The position numbers and the translations under genes are program-made. DNA of 64,000 nucleotides from Tubulanus polymorphus (Eukaryota > Animalia > Nemertea). Location of the stretch: assembly GCF_964204645.1 (NCBI RefSeq), contig NC_134032.1, positions 7,490,275 through 7,554,274 of the forward strand. Reading direction: 5' to 3'. Of this stretch, positions 37,323-50,030 are shown piece after piece (the first letter of the stretch is position 1; each line of letters opens with the position of its first letter). The notes under the pieces were generated by a model. That model searched no databases. It was not told the DNA's origin and saw only the letters and a program-made list of their open reading frames with translations.

Positions 37323-39413
37323 ATTCTCTACATGAACAGGCATATGTGATCTACTTCTGTTATGGACATGCACAGTGATCTCCTTTTAAAGACAGGCACA
37401 CGCAGCCTACATGTTTCAGGACGGGCACATGTGATCTACTTCTTTTACAGTAATGTAAATGCGACCTAATTGTTTTATGTGATTTACATGTTTTACAAAC
37501 AGGCTCATGTGATTCGGCAGTTCTACCGACAGGTGCAGGAGATGTATATGAACATTGATGTTGACTTGTAGAAAAATCAGTCGTGCATTTTAAAAAAAAG
37601 GTTTTAAGTATAAGTGTTCAAAATGTTGCGGTGATTCAAAGCTGCTCTAGGATTGAGTCCTTGAAATACGTTCCAGTCAAATATAAAACTGAAGGGATAC
37701 ATTAGATGGAGATGGATGTTGTATTTTTTAAAAATAACATATATATATGAGTAGATTGTATACTGTCGATAGTATCCCCTAGCTTTTCAGGGGTTCTACT
37801 GAAATGCTGAAAATTCAAAAAAGTCGAAAATTGTGGATGTAATTGTCAACCAGGGCTCAGTTTTGCAGTTGTGAGTTAGACTTTACTAGTCAAAATTAGT
37901 TCATTTTCAATGAGTTATAACCCTTTCGCTGCATATGCATTTGCGCTGCCTCACCCTACTACATTTTCCAAAATAGCAGAATTTTCAATTTCATTTCATA
38001 CAAAAATTTTCTCACTATAGGTGCATGACGTTTTGAAAACTTTATACGCACAGCTGCAGGTGTCACTCATATGATATTTCAAAAATGTCTTGCACAGCAA
38101 AATGGTTAACTGTTGAGTCAAATCTCAACTGAGAAATTGTAGAACTGGGTCATTTCACATTTAGGTCTTGCGAATATACGGCAAGGTCATTGGAAGTTTT
38201 TACAAATAGTTTCGGGCTCAAAGCTATGAATAGTTTATGTTTTTAGCAATGACCCTTCCTAGTATTTGGCTGAACGCCGATTTAATTTGATTGTTAAGTC
38301 AAACGCTCACGATGTGCATAGAAATGGCATGTTTATCTTGTAAACATTGTTTTCCGAAACCAATTTTTTTGTTTCTTCTAAACTGTTTCAGGGAATCTCA
38401 GGGAAACATTCAGAAACATGTTTCTGTCTCATGTTCCCATGTGTTGTGAGCTTTTGCCTTTACCCATTAGCACTCAAAGCACCTGTGTCCGTCCTGCCTA
38501 TTACTCTCTAAACCCAAATCCACCCTAACACTTTTGGTGGCCCACCTCATCAAATCTTATATTGTATGAAAGCCTTGACTGTTTGCTACAAATAACAAGA
38601 ACTTGTAATGCATTGAAATTAACGGCAAATGAGCTTTTCGGTATCGTGATAAACTTAGATTTTCCCTTAAATTCTCTGAGGAGTAATTCACACTGCATAG
38701 TGAAATTCCTGAGTGCTAATAGGTTTAGATTGATTACGGGATGAAAAAATGAAAATGAGCTTAGGCCAGTCTTATCTGGGTACCTGTCTTAATCTGCTGT
38801 GATCAATCACAGGATTAAGCTAAGCTCAGCCCAATCTTACTTTCAAGTTTCAACTGTGTGGAACTGGGGACAGTTGTAGATTTCTCCATATAGATTTGGC
38901 ATACCAATGAATCAAAGCAAATTTAACATCCATGTATATCCATGTATTGTTTGAGAAAAAAAATTCATATAGTAAACCATGCCCAAATGGGAAAACCAAA
39001 ATGAATTGATTCTCTGACTTCCTTGATGATTTGTGCATAGATTATTGAGATCAGTAAATTGTATAGTTGTATAGATAGACGAGTGTATATGTATGTACTT
39101 CCCGTGATGAAAATAACCACAAAAAATAAAAGTTCAAGTCTTTTAGTCAGCACTGACTTATGAAAATCTGTTTTGCTCTGCTCTTGGTTTCATTAGTTGA
39201 AAAATATTGTACAGTTCCAATTCAATTCACAGGGCGTAAGTCATCATTTGGAAATTACTGGTGTCATCTCCATTTTTGGAACTTTTTCATATCTGTTTCC
39301 TATTCTTGGATGACGACTAAATAACTAAATAAACAAATAATGACTACATGTATTACTTAATTGAAGAAGTCCTACAATTCGAATTTTATATGAAATAATT
39401 TATTAGAACGAAA

Positions 39414-39455
39414 CCACAACATTTCGGCTGTTGACTAACAGCCATCATCAGGTGG
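39414..39455 (-). ncRNA. Minimal type I hammerhead ribozyme (solo Penelope pLTR relic)
   Basis: Minus strand CCAC-CTGATGA-T-GGCTGTT(AGTC)AACAGCC-GAAA-T-GTT-GTGG. Confidence 0.82.
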
Positions 39456-39510
39456 AATGACCAAAAAACAGAAGTAATGTGAGTAATTGGAAAAGTGGGT
39501 TTTCACATCA

Positions 39511-40390
39511 GAGGGCGAGATAGTCAGTAACCTGTCTGTGGTTTAGTTTCACGATCGGATATTTTCACAAACCAGTCAGGAATAGGAAGGTCATTTTTCA
39601 ATGAAATTTTCGTGAGTCAATTTGACTCACGAGTAATTTGCCTGCCATTTCATTGTCTCTTAAGATATCCGTCTAATTTTTGTTGTAATCAACGCACAAC
39701 AGATTCGTAGTTTGTTTGATACCTATATCACCTGACGATCTTAATCCATGTGCAAATCGGCAGTAAAGTGAGAGTAAATTTCCGTCGATTCAACGGCGGC
39801 CATTTTGAAAATTACTGGAGGGTGCTGGCCCCTGTGGACTGAGGCCAGGACAACAGCACAAACTAACGAAGCGAAATGACGAAATTGAAACATTAAGAAA
39901 TCAACACTGATTAACATTTTTCTTCATCCAAAATTTATTATTTCATTATTTATCATGGAAGCACGAAGATTTGAAATACATGTTGGAAAACCATCAAAAA
40001 TAAAAATTGTCGTTTCGTCTTGGAAGTTTTATATAAATCCTTGTAGGTCACATTGTCTATCGTGCCTCATGTATGCAATACAGAGAAATGGCGGCCAATG
40101 GCGGAATTTGTAGAGAAATTAATTAATTACTCAAAAATGATGTTGGTTAATAACTCGAAACATACATAAAATTGGATTATTTCGAAAGGTACCTGTGTTA
40201 GTTCGTGAATTAAGCCATTAATTGTGGACTGAAGTGAATAGAAAGTATATATTTGAAGTGTTACTTTTTTCAACCGTGTTTCGGCCCTTGTCATCCCCAA
40301 CGTTGGTATAAGCCCATCCGATTATAAAAAGCTTACCATCAACGATTAGGTAACTAACTAAGGGCGAGAGGGCCTCAAATCACCACTAGT
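39511..40390 (+). mobile_element. Helitron/Helentron-like non-autonomous element; internally deleted relative at ~32095-32255
   Basis: Subterminal inverted motif TAGTCAGTAACCT / AGGTAACTAACTA; 3' end CTAG-T; both ends shared with the 32.1-kb copy. Confidence 0.55.
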
Positions 40391-40408
40391 AATTTTTTTT
40401 CCTAATAA

Positions 40409-42550
40409 ATGGGAGACAGTGAGTTCCTAACAGAAAAAAGTGATGTTAATGAAAATCAATATTATTGTCCATATTGTAAAAAAATACATTGATAAATCAC
40501 ATAACTCTCGACATAAAAAAACTGCAAATCATAAAAAAAATGTTATAGATTTTGAAACTCCAGAAAATTCTAATGAAAGAAAAGAACGTTTAAATGATAT
40601 GTAGAAAGATGAAATTAAATGTGAAGTTTGTAATGAATTTGTAAAAAAACTAAATCTATTTCAAATAAACCTTTTATGGAAAATGTTAGAAATTATATCG
40701 ATTCACTAGAAATAAAAGATACAATTGAAATTTTAGAAACATTACGTAGTAAAATTGGTCCTGCGTCTATAATATTTAGATTTTTTAAAGGAACAACAAT
40801 AGAAGATTATAGTAAATATATTGAAATAATGGAAAAAATAATGGATTTTGTTATAGATGTCGAATATCCAAAAATTAGTATCTCTGGAAAAGTAAGTTTC
40901 ATGAAGTCAGAAGAAAAATGGATTATAATATTCAAACACACTCTGAAGGAATAATTTCAAAAACAGAAAGAAAAGAGAAATTAGAAAAATATTTAATGAA
41001 TTAAAACGTCATATTGAAGAAAGATATTTTGAGGGTTCAGGTTTAACATTGAATGAAATTATATTTTTAGATTTAAATATTTATAATACAAAAAGGAATA
41101 AAGTATCAAAAAGTAATGAAATGTTTACAAATGATTCAAACTTTACAACAGACAAGGATATTGAAGCATCATCTTATATTAAATTACCATTTACAAGAAA
41201 AGCAGTAATAAATGTTCAAAATGAAGATAATAAATGTTTTCTATGGTCAATTATTAGTTGTTTACACCCAACTCAGGAAAATGTTTGTAGAATAACAGAT
41301 TATCGGAAATACGAAACATTATATAAAATTGATCTAACTATAAAAATGATACCTAAAATAGAAAAAGTTAATAATTTTTAATAAATGTATTCGAATTAAT
41401 GCAATTACCAGAGACAAAAGGTGAAAATATTAAAGATTATACATCAGAAGCTTTATATCTAACAAAACATTATGATGATGAAAATGTTATAGATTTATTA
41501 TACTATAAAAAAGATGAAAATGAACATTATATGTGGTAAAAACAAATAGATTTATTCTTTAGAACAGAAAGTGATCACCATCATAAAATTTATCTAATTA
41601 TCTAGAAAATGTTTATCTAAATTTATGTCTGAAAATGCGTTACTAAAAAAAGTATTATGTGATAATAAAGATTTTTGCAAATTTATAATGCCAACAGAAA
41701 AAGATTATGAATTGAAATTTACTAATCATAAATTTAAAAATATAGTGCCATTTGTAATTTATGGGGATTTTGAATCGTTGAATAAAGAATTAACTCGTCA
41801 AGATAGAAAAGAAATATATAACAAAAAGCAATTTTTAAAATCAATGGACAAAGGAAACAAATTAAATGAAGACATAATTCATGACCCACCAATCATAAAT
41901 ACAATTAAAAAAGTTCATCAAAGAGCTGCTGCTAATGGAATTAATATAAAATCAAATTATCCTGAATTATATGAAGGTCAGTATATTTGTTTTAGAGGTG
42001 AAGATGTTGTAAATGAATTTTGTAATGAAATAATTGCATTAGAAAGTGATTTTGCACAATTATTAAGTGAAAATAAAAAAATGATTATGACTAAAGAAGA
42101 TGAAGTTGATTTTAATTATGCATCTCATTGTTGTTATTGTGAAAAACGTTTTTATTCATTTGATAAAAAAGTTAAAGATCGTGATCATTTAAATTCAAAA
42201 TATCGTGGAGCTGCTCATGAAGATTGTAATTTACAAGCTAAAAAAGTAAATTTCGTACCAATATTATTTCATAATTTATCAGGATATGATACTCATCTAT
42301 TTATAAAACAATTATCAGGAAAATTAGGCGTAATTAATCAAGAAATAGAAGAATATAATGCTATAAATGATGCAAATGTAAGAAAATATGATTTCAAACG
42401 ATTAGCTAAGACATCTGAAAATTATATTTCATTTCAATTTGGTTGTTTGAGATTTTTAGATTCTTATAGATGTTTAGCATGTTCATTAGATAATTTAGCA
42501 AAAAGTTTAGTTGATAATGATTTTATAATAACTCAACATTATTATCCAAA
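40409..42550 (+). pseudogene. Second, diverged pPolB relic (N-terminal to exonuclease half)
   Basis: Colinear with 3421-5694: YYCPYC, IGPASI, DVEYPKISIS, FEGSGL, IEASSYIKLPF, NEDNKCFLWSI, FVIYGDFESLNKELT, YRGAAHEDCNLQ, FQFGCLRFLDSYR; many frameshifts; truncated at ~42550. Confidence 0.93.
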
Positions 42551-42659
42551 ACGGGGTTTTACTTTGCAATCGGAAATCGAAGATAGGTATAGATGTGTTT
42601 GGCCAGTTATTCTGTTATTTAATGTCGCTAAGAATGATTTTCTATCTCCCATTTATAAG

Positions 42660-43150
42660 AAAAAAAAATTAACTTGTGGTGATGAGTGAGCAAAAAAAAA
42701 TTACTTGTGGTGTGTGAGGTGTGTGAGTGGTGTGTCGCCCTCTGATCTGAACGCCTGATATTACAATTACTCACTTGGGCCAGAACCTTTTTTTAAATTG
42801 GGTGTACTCTATTTAAATTTTGGCCACCACGGGGCCGACATGAAAAACTACGTTAACAGCCTAGAAGCCGCCAATTGTTGACCGGTTTATTTCAAACTTG
42901 GTACACAGGCTCCACTTGGGGCAGAACCCTATTAAAGATTAAATAGATGCGATTCAAATTATGGCCACCAGGGAAAACAGCCTAGAGGCTGCAACTGTTG
43001 ATCAATTTTTTACACTTTGTACATATTTCGTTAATATCGTTTTATAGAAATAATTGTGGCCTCGATATTTCCAACGCATTAACCACAAATCGTGTAACTT
43101 CACATGTGGCGGTGAACTTCATGGCGGTGGTCATTTTGCCTCATTCTAGT
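42660..43150 (+). mobile_element. DINE/Helentron-like non-autonomous fragment
   Basis: GT-rich microsatellite, two AACAGCCTAGA..GGCCACCA core repeats, 3' end TTCTAGTT. Confidence 0.45.
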
Positions 43151-44559
43151 TGATCTTAAAATAGGCATCCAACCTTTTATAGTTTGATTGGTACATTATG
43201 TTTGTTTCTATTGGTCGAATTAACAGAATTTCTTTCGAATAAATTGAAGTACATAATCGGAGAATTCGGGTCCGGTTCACTCAAACTATCTTCCAATCAG
43301 TCTGGACCGGCAAGTAACTGAATGGGGTAAATTCTGTTGGCTGCCTAATTTAATACATCGAGATTGTGGAAATACTTATATTTTAAGGTTGAAGATCATT
43401 TCGTCCATCTTATATTTCATTGGTTGTTTTCCATGTGTAAATGGTCGTTTTCTATCTCGTTGGTAGTCACCAGTCAATCAATCGTAATCCTTACATTATC
43501 ATACAATGACATTTTAATCGTTTCACTGAATTTTTCTTATTCTCTCAATTATGTTCTTAATAAGATTTAAGCTTAATTCTTCTTCGTAACCGACGATGAA
43601 AGTTATTTCAATTCATAGATCTCTCCTAGTATTCCTGGGAAATGAGATGAATTATCGAAATCATACTTTCAGAATATGAATAAGACTCTCTTCATCGCCA
43701 TTGCTTTGTTCATGGCCATTGGAGCCATTGTTGCAGAAGTTAATCTTTAGTTTAATGCAATCCTCTAACTTGTTAACTTGTATTCAGTAATTTGACGAGT
43801 ATATATTTCAAATATATATATTTCCATTTTTTAAGATTAATTACACAAATAAATCTTTTCGGAGTTAAGCTTAGTAGGCCTTGCCGTGACTGAGTCTAGC
43901 GATGCCATCATGTTAGAATCACTGCTGAGGGAGGACGTTACTCGGTACGTCAGGCTACGACCAGAATACCGCCTTACGTCGACCTACAGAACGTCGTCAA
44001 CATGTATTAACACAGGTTTATCGTCAACATACGTCGATCTACATTTGGAGCCGTCAACGCCAGCGAGACTCGTCAATACTGATCCAGATACAAACTTATG
44101 TTTATATTTTCCAAATATAGAAATATAGCTGCAAGCAGCGACAACGGGTTTCTGCCTTGCTGGTTTAAATATCGCACTCGGAAGCGGACGAAGATTCACC
44201 AAATAATTCTGTGTTCACACTAGGATTTCAGTACGGTACTGGGCATTCACACTAGGAAATTATTCGAGGCATGTTCGCGGCTTTTTCAGTTCGGTACTGA
44301 AATACGCGGCGTATTAAGCGCGGAATGCGATTCCGCGCCGAAACCCCGATCTCGGTATGGAACTTAAGGAACTTATTTTCTGTAGTGTGAACGCAGATTC
44401 GGCGCGTATTTACATCCGCGTAGTACAAAACACTAAATACTAATTACACTTCCCTCTATTGGCACACCGGGTGACTACTATACTGGGCTTTCTAAGTGCC
44501 GAATTGCCGACTCGTAAGTACCGTACTTCGCTGGTGCCGAATCCGATTAATACGCAATG

Positions 44560-44945
44560 CGATTAATACGCAATGAATTGAAAAACAAGATCTCGTACGT
44601 CCTTGAGTGACATGCAGTAAGTTCGCTAAATATAAAGGACCCGATCCATTGATGCACCAATGTACATTACACAGGATCTTAAAATCAATCCTGGCTTTGA
44701 TAGGTAGCCAGTGAAGCTGCTTGAGAATAGGAGTAATCCTGTCATACTTGCAGCGTCTACAAACGTGCAGCCATGTTTTGGACAGCACGCTGAAGTCGCT
44801 AAAGTCTAGACGAGACATGACTGACTCGTGAACTAATTTAGCAGTACCGGGCTATTTCAAGTATTTCCTAATACGTCAAAATTTGTAAAGACCAGCGTAG
44901 GTGGATTTACACATTTCCTTGACATGAGTATCCATTGACCATTGA
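44560..44945 (-). mobile_element. L2/CR1-type LINE ORF2 C-terminal fragment
   Basis: KYDRITPILKQLHWLPIKARIDFKIL. Confidence 0.8.
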
Positions 44946-46288
44946 CATATTTTTATCTAGACGGTGTAAATACCCGGTGAAACTTAAGCCCGATGTGATT
45001 TTGACAAATGCTTGCCTCATTTACGTCATAGTCATGGCGTAACTGTGGCATTTTATTTTATCTTTTTGTTGATTCGTATGTTTTTATACTTGTAAGGCAC
45101 TGTGATTAATTCAATTAGTACGGCACTCTATAAGAAAATATTATTATGATTACTATTATTCTACATTACTTTCATCAATCTCGTATTTTGTTCCGCTTGC
45201 TTTGAAAATCAGTCTAAAACCATTCTAACGTGTTCATTATTCGGTTGGCCTGTTCCAAAAAGGGAAACTCTAAAGATTGCAATAAAGGTAAAAGCCCTCC
45301 TTTAATGTTAAGGACATTTTAGCGCCTAGATTACGGTGGCGGATTTAGCCTACCGCACTTGCCGCTAATGCGGTAGTCAACATTTTTCCTCTAACAACAT
45401 TTTATTTATTTCATGGATGGACTTGACTTAGCTGATTCCTTGGAAAAAAGTACCCATATTAAGATAGGATTTTTCTCTTCCAAAACCCAGGAAATGTCAT
45501 CTCAGCCCTTTAAATTTTTCAAAATTATCTGGGGGAGGATCCCCAAACCGCCCGTAGGCACGTCGTGCCTTCGGCACTCGTATTGCACATCTCGTGCCGT
45601 CGGGTTTCGGTTGCCGAAATGCGGTAGTCATATTATGCCTCTGGATCCGCCACTGAGATATCAGAACTCAATGCATTTTGTCGGGTGCGTAAAGTGGACC
45701 CGCGACAGCCCTGGCTACGCCGTGATCTATTAGAACTTGATATTTACACGTTGAACCTTATCACGTTAACCCAATAATAATCAGATTTTACATAAACGCA
45801 GTTAAGTGACTCCACACCTCTTACAGTGAACGCTGTACAAATTAGTTAGTATCTTACGACATGAATGCGTGAATTAGTTTCTTCAACCTCGGAAAACATG
45901 TGGATTAGGAGCCACCACACGCGGTTACGACTCTAATTACAATACACGAAACGTTAAACGTTTTTAATGAGATGACGCGTTGCGCATCATAAACCCGTAC
46001 GTATTTCCCAGCTTTTAGATTCAGTCGTCCGCCGACAACGTGGTAACTAAGCTGTATTAAGGACGATGCAACCGATGGAGCTTGTATGAATTCAGTATTT
46101 CACATACGAAAAATTCCTACACGAATTAGATAAGTTGGATTTCCGGCATTTTTCGGAAAATATGAGTTACATCATCACTATTTGGTAAACATTTTGCCAA
46201 AATTATTGTATTTGATATTTTTTGATTAGATAGTAGTTTAATATTTGTTCTAGTGGAATTCAAAATTGTGAGGGGCAAAAACATCTAA

Positions 46289-46831
46289 GGCCACACCAAA
46301 AGAAAACCTTGTTTCTCGCGCCCGATCGACCCGATATTTCGTCGTTTTAAAAAATCAGAATAAAATATCATCGCCTACAGACCCTTTTTCAAAATTTCGG
46401 GTGATTTAAACTTTTTTTCAAAAATATTTATTTGGCCGACCGACTACCACTCTCCATTCTCGTAAATATTTTGTCTTCTTAATCAAATTGTGATGTCGGC
46501 ATTGAGATCAACATCGTAAGAATATCTTATTACGTCGAATTTAACAATTTGATTCTGGAAATGGTACAGCTGTGCTTAGACCACTTTGCTTATCGAGACA
46601 TTGATGGTGACCTTGGATTGTAAAATTCCAGGAATTCCGTGAAATATGTTCAAAATACAGTTTTTATAGTTGATTGTTCAAACACCTCAACTTCCTTTTA
46701 TTATTGTGGTCTACTAGCTGCTAATCATGTTCCTAACTAAAAAAATTTTTCTGTGAAAAGAAAAAAATCCCTACCTACCTACCCATTTTGGTGATTGCCC
46801 CACCCGAGGAACAGGATTTTTTAGTGTGTCC
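46289..46831. mobile_element. PIF/Harbinger-type MITE, copy 1
   Basis: TAA|GGCCACACC left end; internal sequence inversely homologous to 48583-49227. Confidence 0.7.
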
Positions 46832-47440
46832 TTTTTGGTGTTATTTTGACTGAAATTGGTTTTGGAGCCTCAGCATCCCTAGCAACGGGCCTTAGACACG
46901 AAGCGTCATAATGGATAGAATTGTATGAAGCAAGCATTGTAAGGCTCCCCTTAGTTGTTGAATACAGACTGGATCAATGCGTTTAGTTTCAATGTCACGG
47001 AGCTGTGTTAGCTTGAAAATCTCAGATCTTTTTCAGATCTTATGATATTCTCAGTTTAAAAGACATCTATTCATCATGAAATAGATTGAAATACTTGATC
47101 AGTATTCACAAAGCAATAGGAACCAATGAACAGCTATAATGAAGTGAAAAAAGAAAATATTGGGAGGGGGCCTTAAGGGACATTTACTTAGGCCAACCCC
47201 AAAAAACCCAATATGGCCACGCCCATGCCACAGCAAAGTTTTTGTCAATTACTGGCATGGTTATAACCCAATTGGCCATATGAACACTGTAGAAGGGTCA
47301 CATAGTCAGAAGAGTAGGAGAGCAATTCATTTGGCTGGAGCATTAGCCTAGTTTGCCACTCACTTTTAGGTACTATTTGTCTAAAATGTTCAATTTCTCG
47401 CAGTTCATTTTACCGTTTATTTTTACTATTTACTACAAAA

Positions 47441-48105
47441 CCAGGAAGAAAGCCACTAAATATTTGGATGGATATATGAAAGCTGCGGGTAGTGTAGTGT
47501 GTAATGGGTAGTGTAGTGTGATCTGTGTGCATTTGTGGCCAGCACACAGATCACATTGTTCAATGGGGTTTGGTCCAGGACTCGCGAGATTTTCAACAAC
47601 ACGGAAGTAACGTGTAATAAATGATGACTTGAATTGCATGACTACCTACCACCCCTCATTATTGTTGGTAAAGTAAACGTTCTGCACTGACTAAAAATTA
47701 GCAATAATAATTAGTAACATTTTAGAAATGGCCAGAATTTTAACTTAGATTCTCTCTCATTTTTATTCTACAATTGCGATTGGTATAATTTTTTTTAAAC
47801 GGCCGTTAAGGCTTCATGTTTCGTCTGCAATTCACTGCAAATAGTTACGCAACTACGCACATTTCAGTGTTTTTGGCAGCTGTACACTCAATCGGCACCG
47901 TTCGTGACTAGCTTCACTGCGGAATTATCATTAATTAACATCGCCATATCACATCATCAACTTATATTGTGCCTTAAAACCCTAACAGCCGAAATAATTG
48001 AAATGCACACACGATTTCTATCATTGAAAATTGAGAGAGTGTTCTGCTGCTTCGCGTAAATCCCGCGCGGTGGCGCAACCGCGCGGAGTGGGGCCGATAC
48101 GTCCA
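47441..48105 (-). repeat. ~670-bp dispersed repeat, copy 2 (inverted)
   Basis: Reverse complement of 29541-30215, with a small indel. Confidence 0.92.
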
Positions 48106-48582
48106 GATTGTGAGAGTTTGGTCTATTGTATTTCTTTTTATGGCCATCTAAAACTCTTAGAATCTATGTAAGAAGTATATTCTTGGTTGTACAACACTCT
48201 CTTGCATATTTAATTAGGTCCAAAATATTGGAAAAAGTCATCGGCGCAATTTGAAAATGAAAATTTTTTTTTTATAAAATAGTATATAATCATAATATAT
48301 AAGTTTTTGGCACTGCAATAGGGTCTTAGTGATAGACATGTGTGTTCATATGTCTGTAATGAGAAATCTTTGCACCGCACCATTTGAAAAATACCTTCTC
48401 TTTCACCTCATTATCATGCCTCATTGGCGTGATTAATTAAGAAAATTATCAGGAAATGTTAGGCAATTCCTATGTTCTATGATGGTGTATAAATGTACCA
48501 TAAGAATTCAGTTCGGTAACGGAAAGATTAAAATCAACATCTACAAGAACTGATATAAAATCGCTGAAATATTTCTGGCTTA

Positions 48583-49227
48583 GGCCACACCAAAAAAACC
48601 TGTTTCTCGGGCGGGGCAATCACCAAACTGGGTTGGTCGGTAGGGAATCTTTTTTTCTTTTTATAGAAAAAAAAAATTTGGGGTATTCTTCTGACAGTGG
48701 GTAGGTCGCCGTAAATAATTTTTTTACGGGACCAAATTTCCAGTTAAAAATATGATTAGCAGCTAGTCGACCACGATAATAAAGGGAAGTTGATTTTTTT
48801 GTATTATATTTCACACTTGGAAACCGTTTATATAAAGAAAAAACATCAAAATCTTGAATAGGCGTATAATATATTGTATACGGAATTCCTGGAATTTTAC
48901 AATCCAAGGTCGCCATCAATATCTGATTAGCAACGTTGTCTGAGCACACAAGTACCATATCCAGAATGAAATTGTTAAATCCGATGTAATAAGATCATGT
49001 CGTCTCGGTGCCGACATCACGATTTCACGAAAAAGAAAAAACTTTTACGAGAATGGAGAGCTTTGTAGTCGGTCGGCCACATATATATTTTTGAAAATAG
49101 TTATTTCATCCACAATTTTGAAATAGGGTCGGTAGGCAATTTTATTTTATTTCGAAAATGATTATTTGAAATGACGAAATATCGGGTCGGTCGGGCCCGA
49201 GAAACAGGGCTTTCTTTTGGTGTGGCC
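48583..49227. mobile_element. PIF/Harbinger-type MITE, copy 2
   Basis: TIR GGCCACACCAAAA / TTTTGGTGTGGCC with TTA on both sides. Confidence 0.85.
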
Positions 49228-50030
49228 TTATTCATGTATACTAACCACTGTTGACGTGTATCATCGATTTCAAACCAGATACATGGGTTGTAACAGGAAA
49301 GAAATTAATCTGCTATGGGAAGAAATTAGCCCTCCGACTTTCGTTCGGATTTTAACTGATTTTCTATTTTGGGACCCAAGAATCGACAATGAGATAGGGG
49401 AGTTTCCGACTTGTATAATCCGACTTTGGAATAACAGTTCTCTGACAAATACGTAGGAGGAAAAATCAGGACCATCATTATCCATCCGATATTAGCGATT
49501 ATCCGACTTCGGCCGGTTTAGTGTATACAGTTGCTTATTTAAGTATGGGGATGCTGATTTCAAGGAGTGGCTGTCCTTAAGGCGGAGCTTGCGGCAAACA
49601 TGGCGATACAATCTGATTGACGTGTGACGTGACACGGGCCAATATAAAATGATCCAACGCGCGTCGCCTGTTCATCTTCGTGTGCGGGAAATGTAGACAC
49701 AGCTTCGGAGTTCGTAGCTAAAATCTGGACATCCGATATTCGATAATTTTCAAAGCCCAAAAGAAAACCCCAGCTGATTGACAAAAACTGGCGTTTTAGG
49801 TTGATTTTGTAGGATCTGCCGTATATCCGCGAGGTTTTAGTGCGACATCAGAGCGACATTCATCACGTTTTCTATATTGTCTTCTATGACAACAATCCAC
49901 ACTCATAACTTTCGAGGGAATAATCGTTGATTTCATCGTTGATTTACAAACGATTTTGGAAACGACACAGTCTCAGCGCGCGAGCAACACACTGATAATC
50001 TCAAAACATTGACATTCGTGAATTAGAAAG

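Noticed and set aside
40385-40393. ACTAGTAAT before the second pPolB equals the reverse complement of the first element's end (6172-6180)
   Set aside because: Only 9 bp, and the ACTAGT is explained as the 3' end of the upstream Helitron-like element.
1-42550. Both pPolB copies as parts of one giant element
   Set aside because: They are too diverged, have no shared TIR, and a spliced host gene lies between them.
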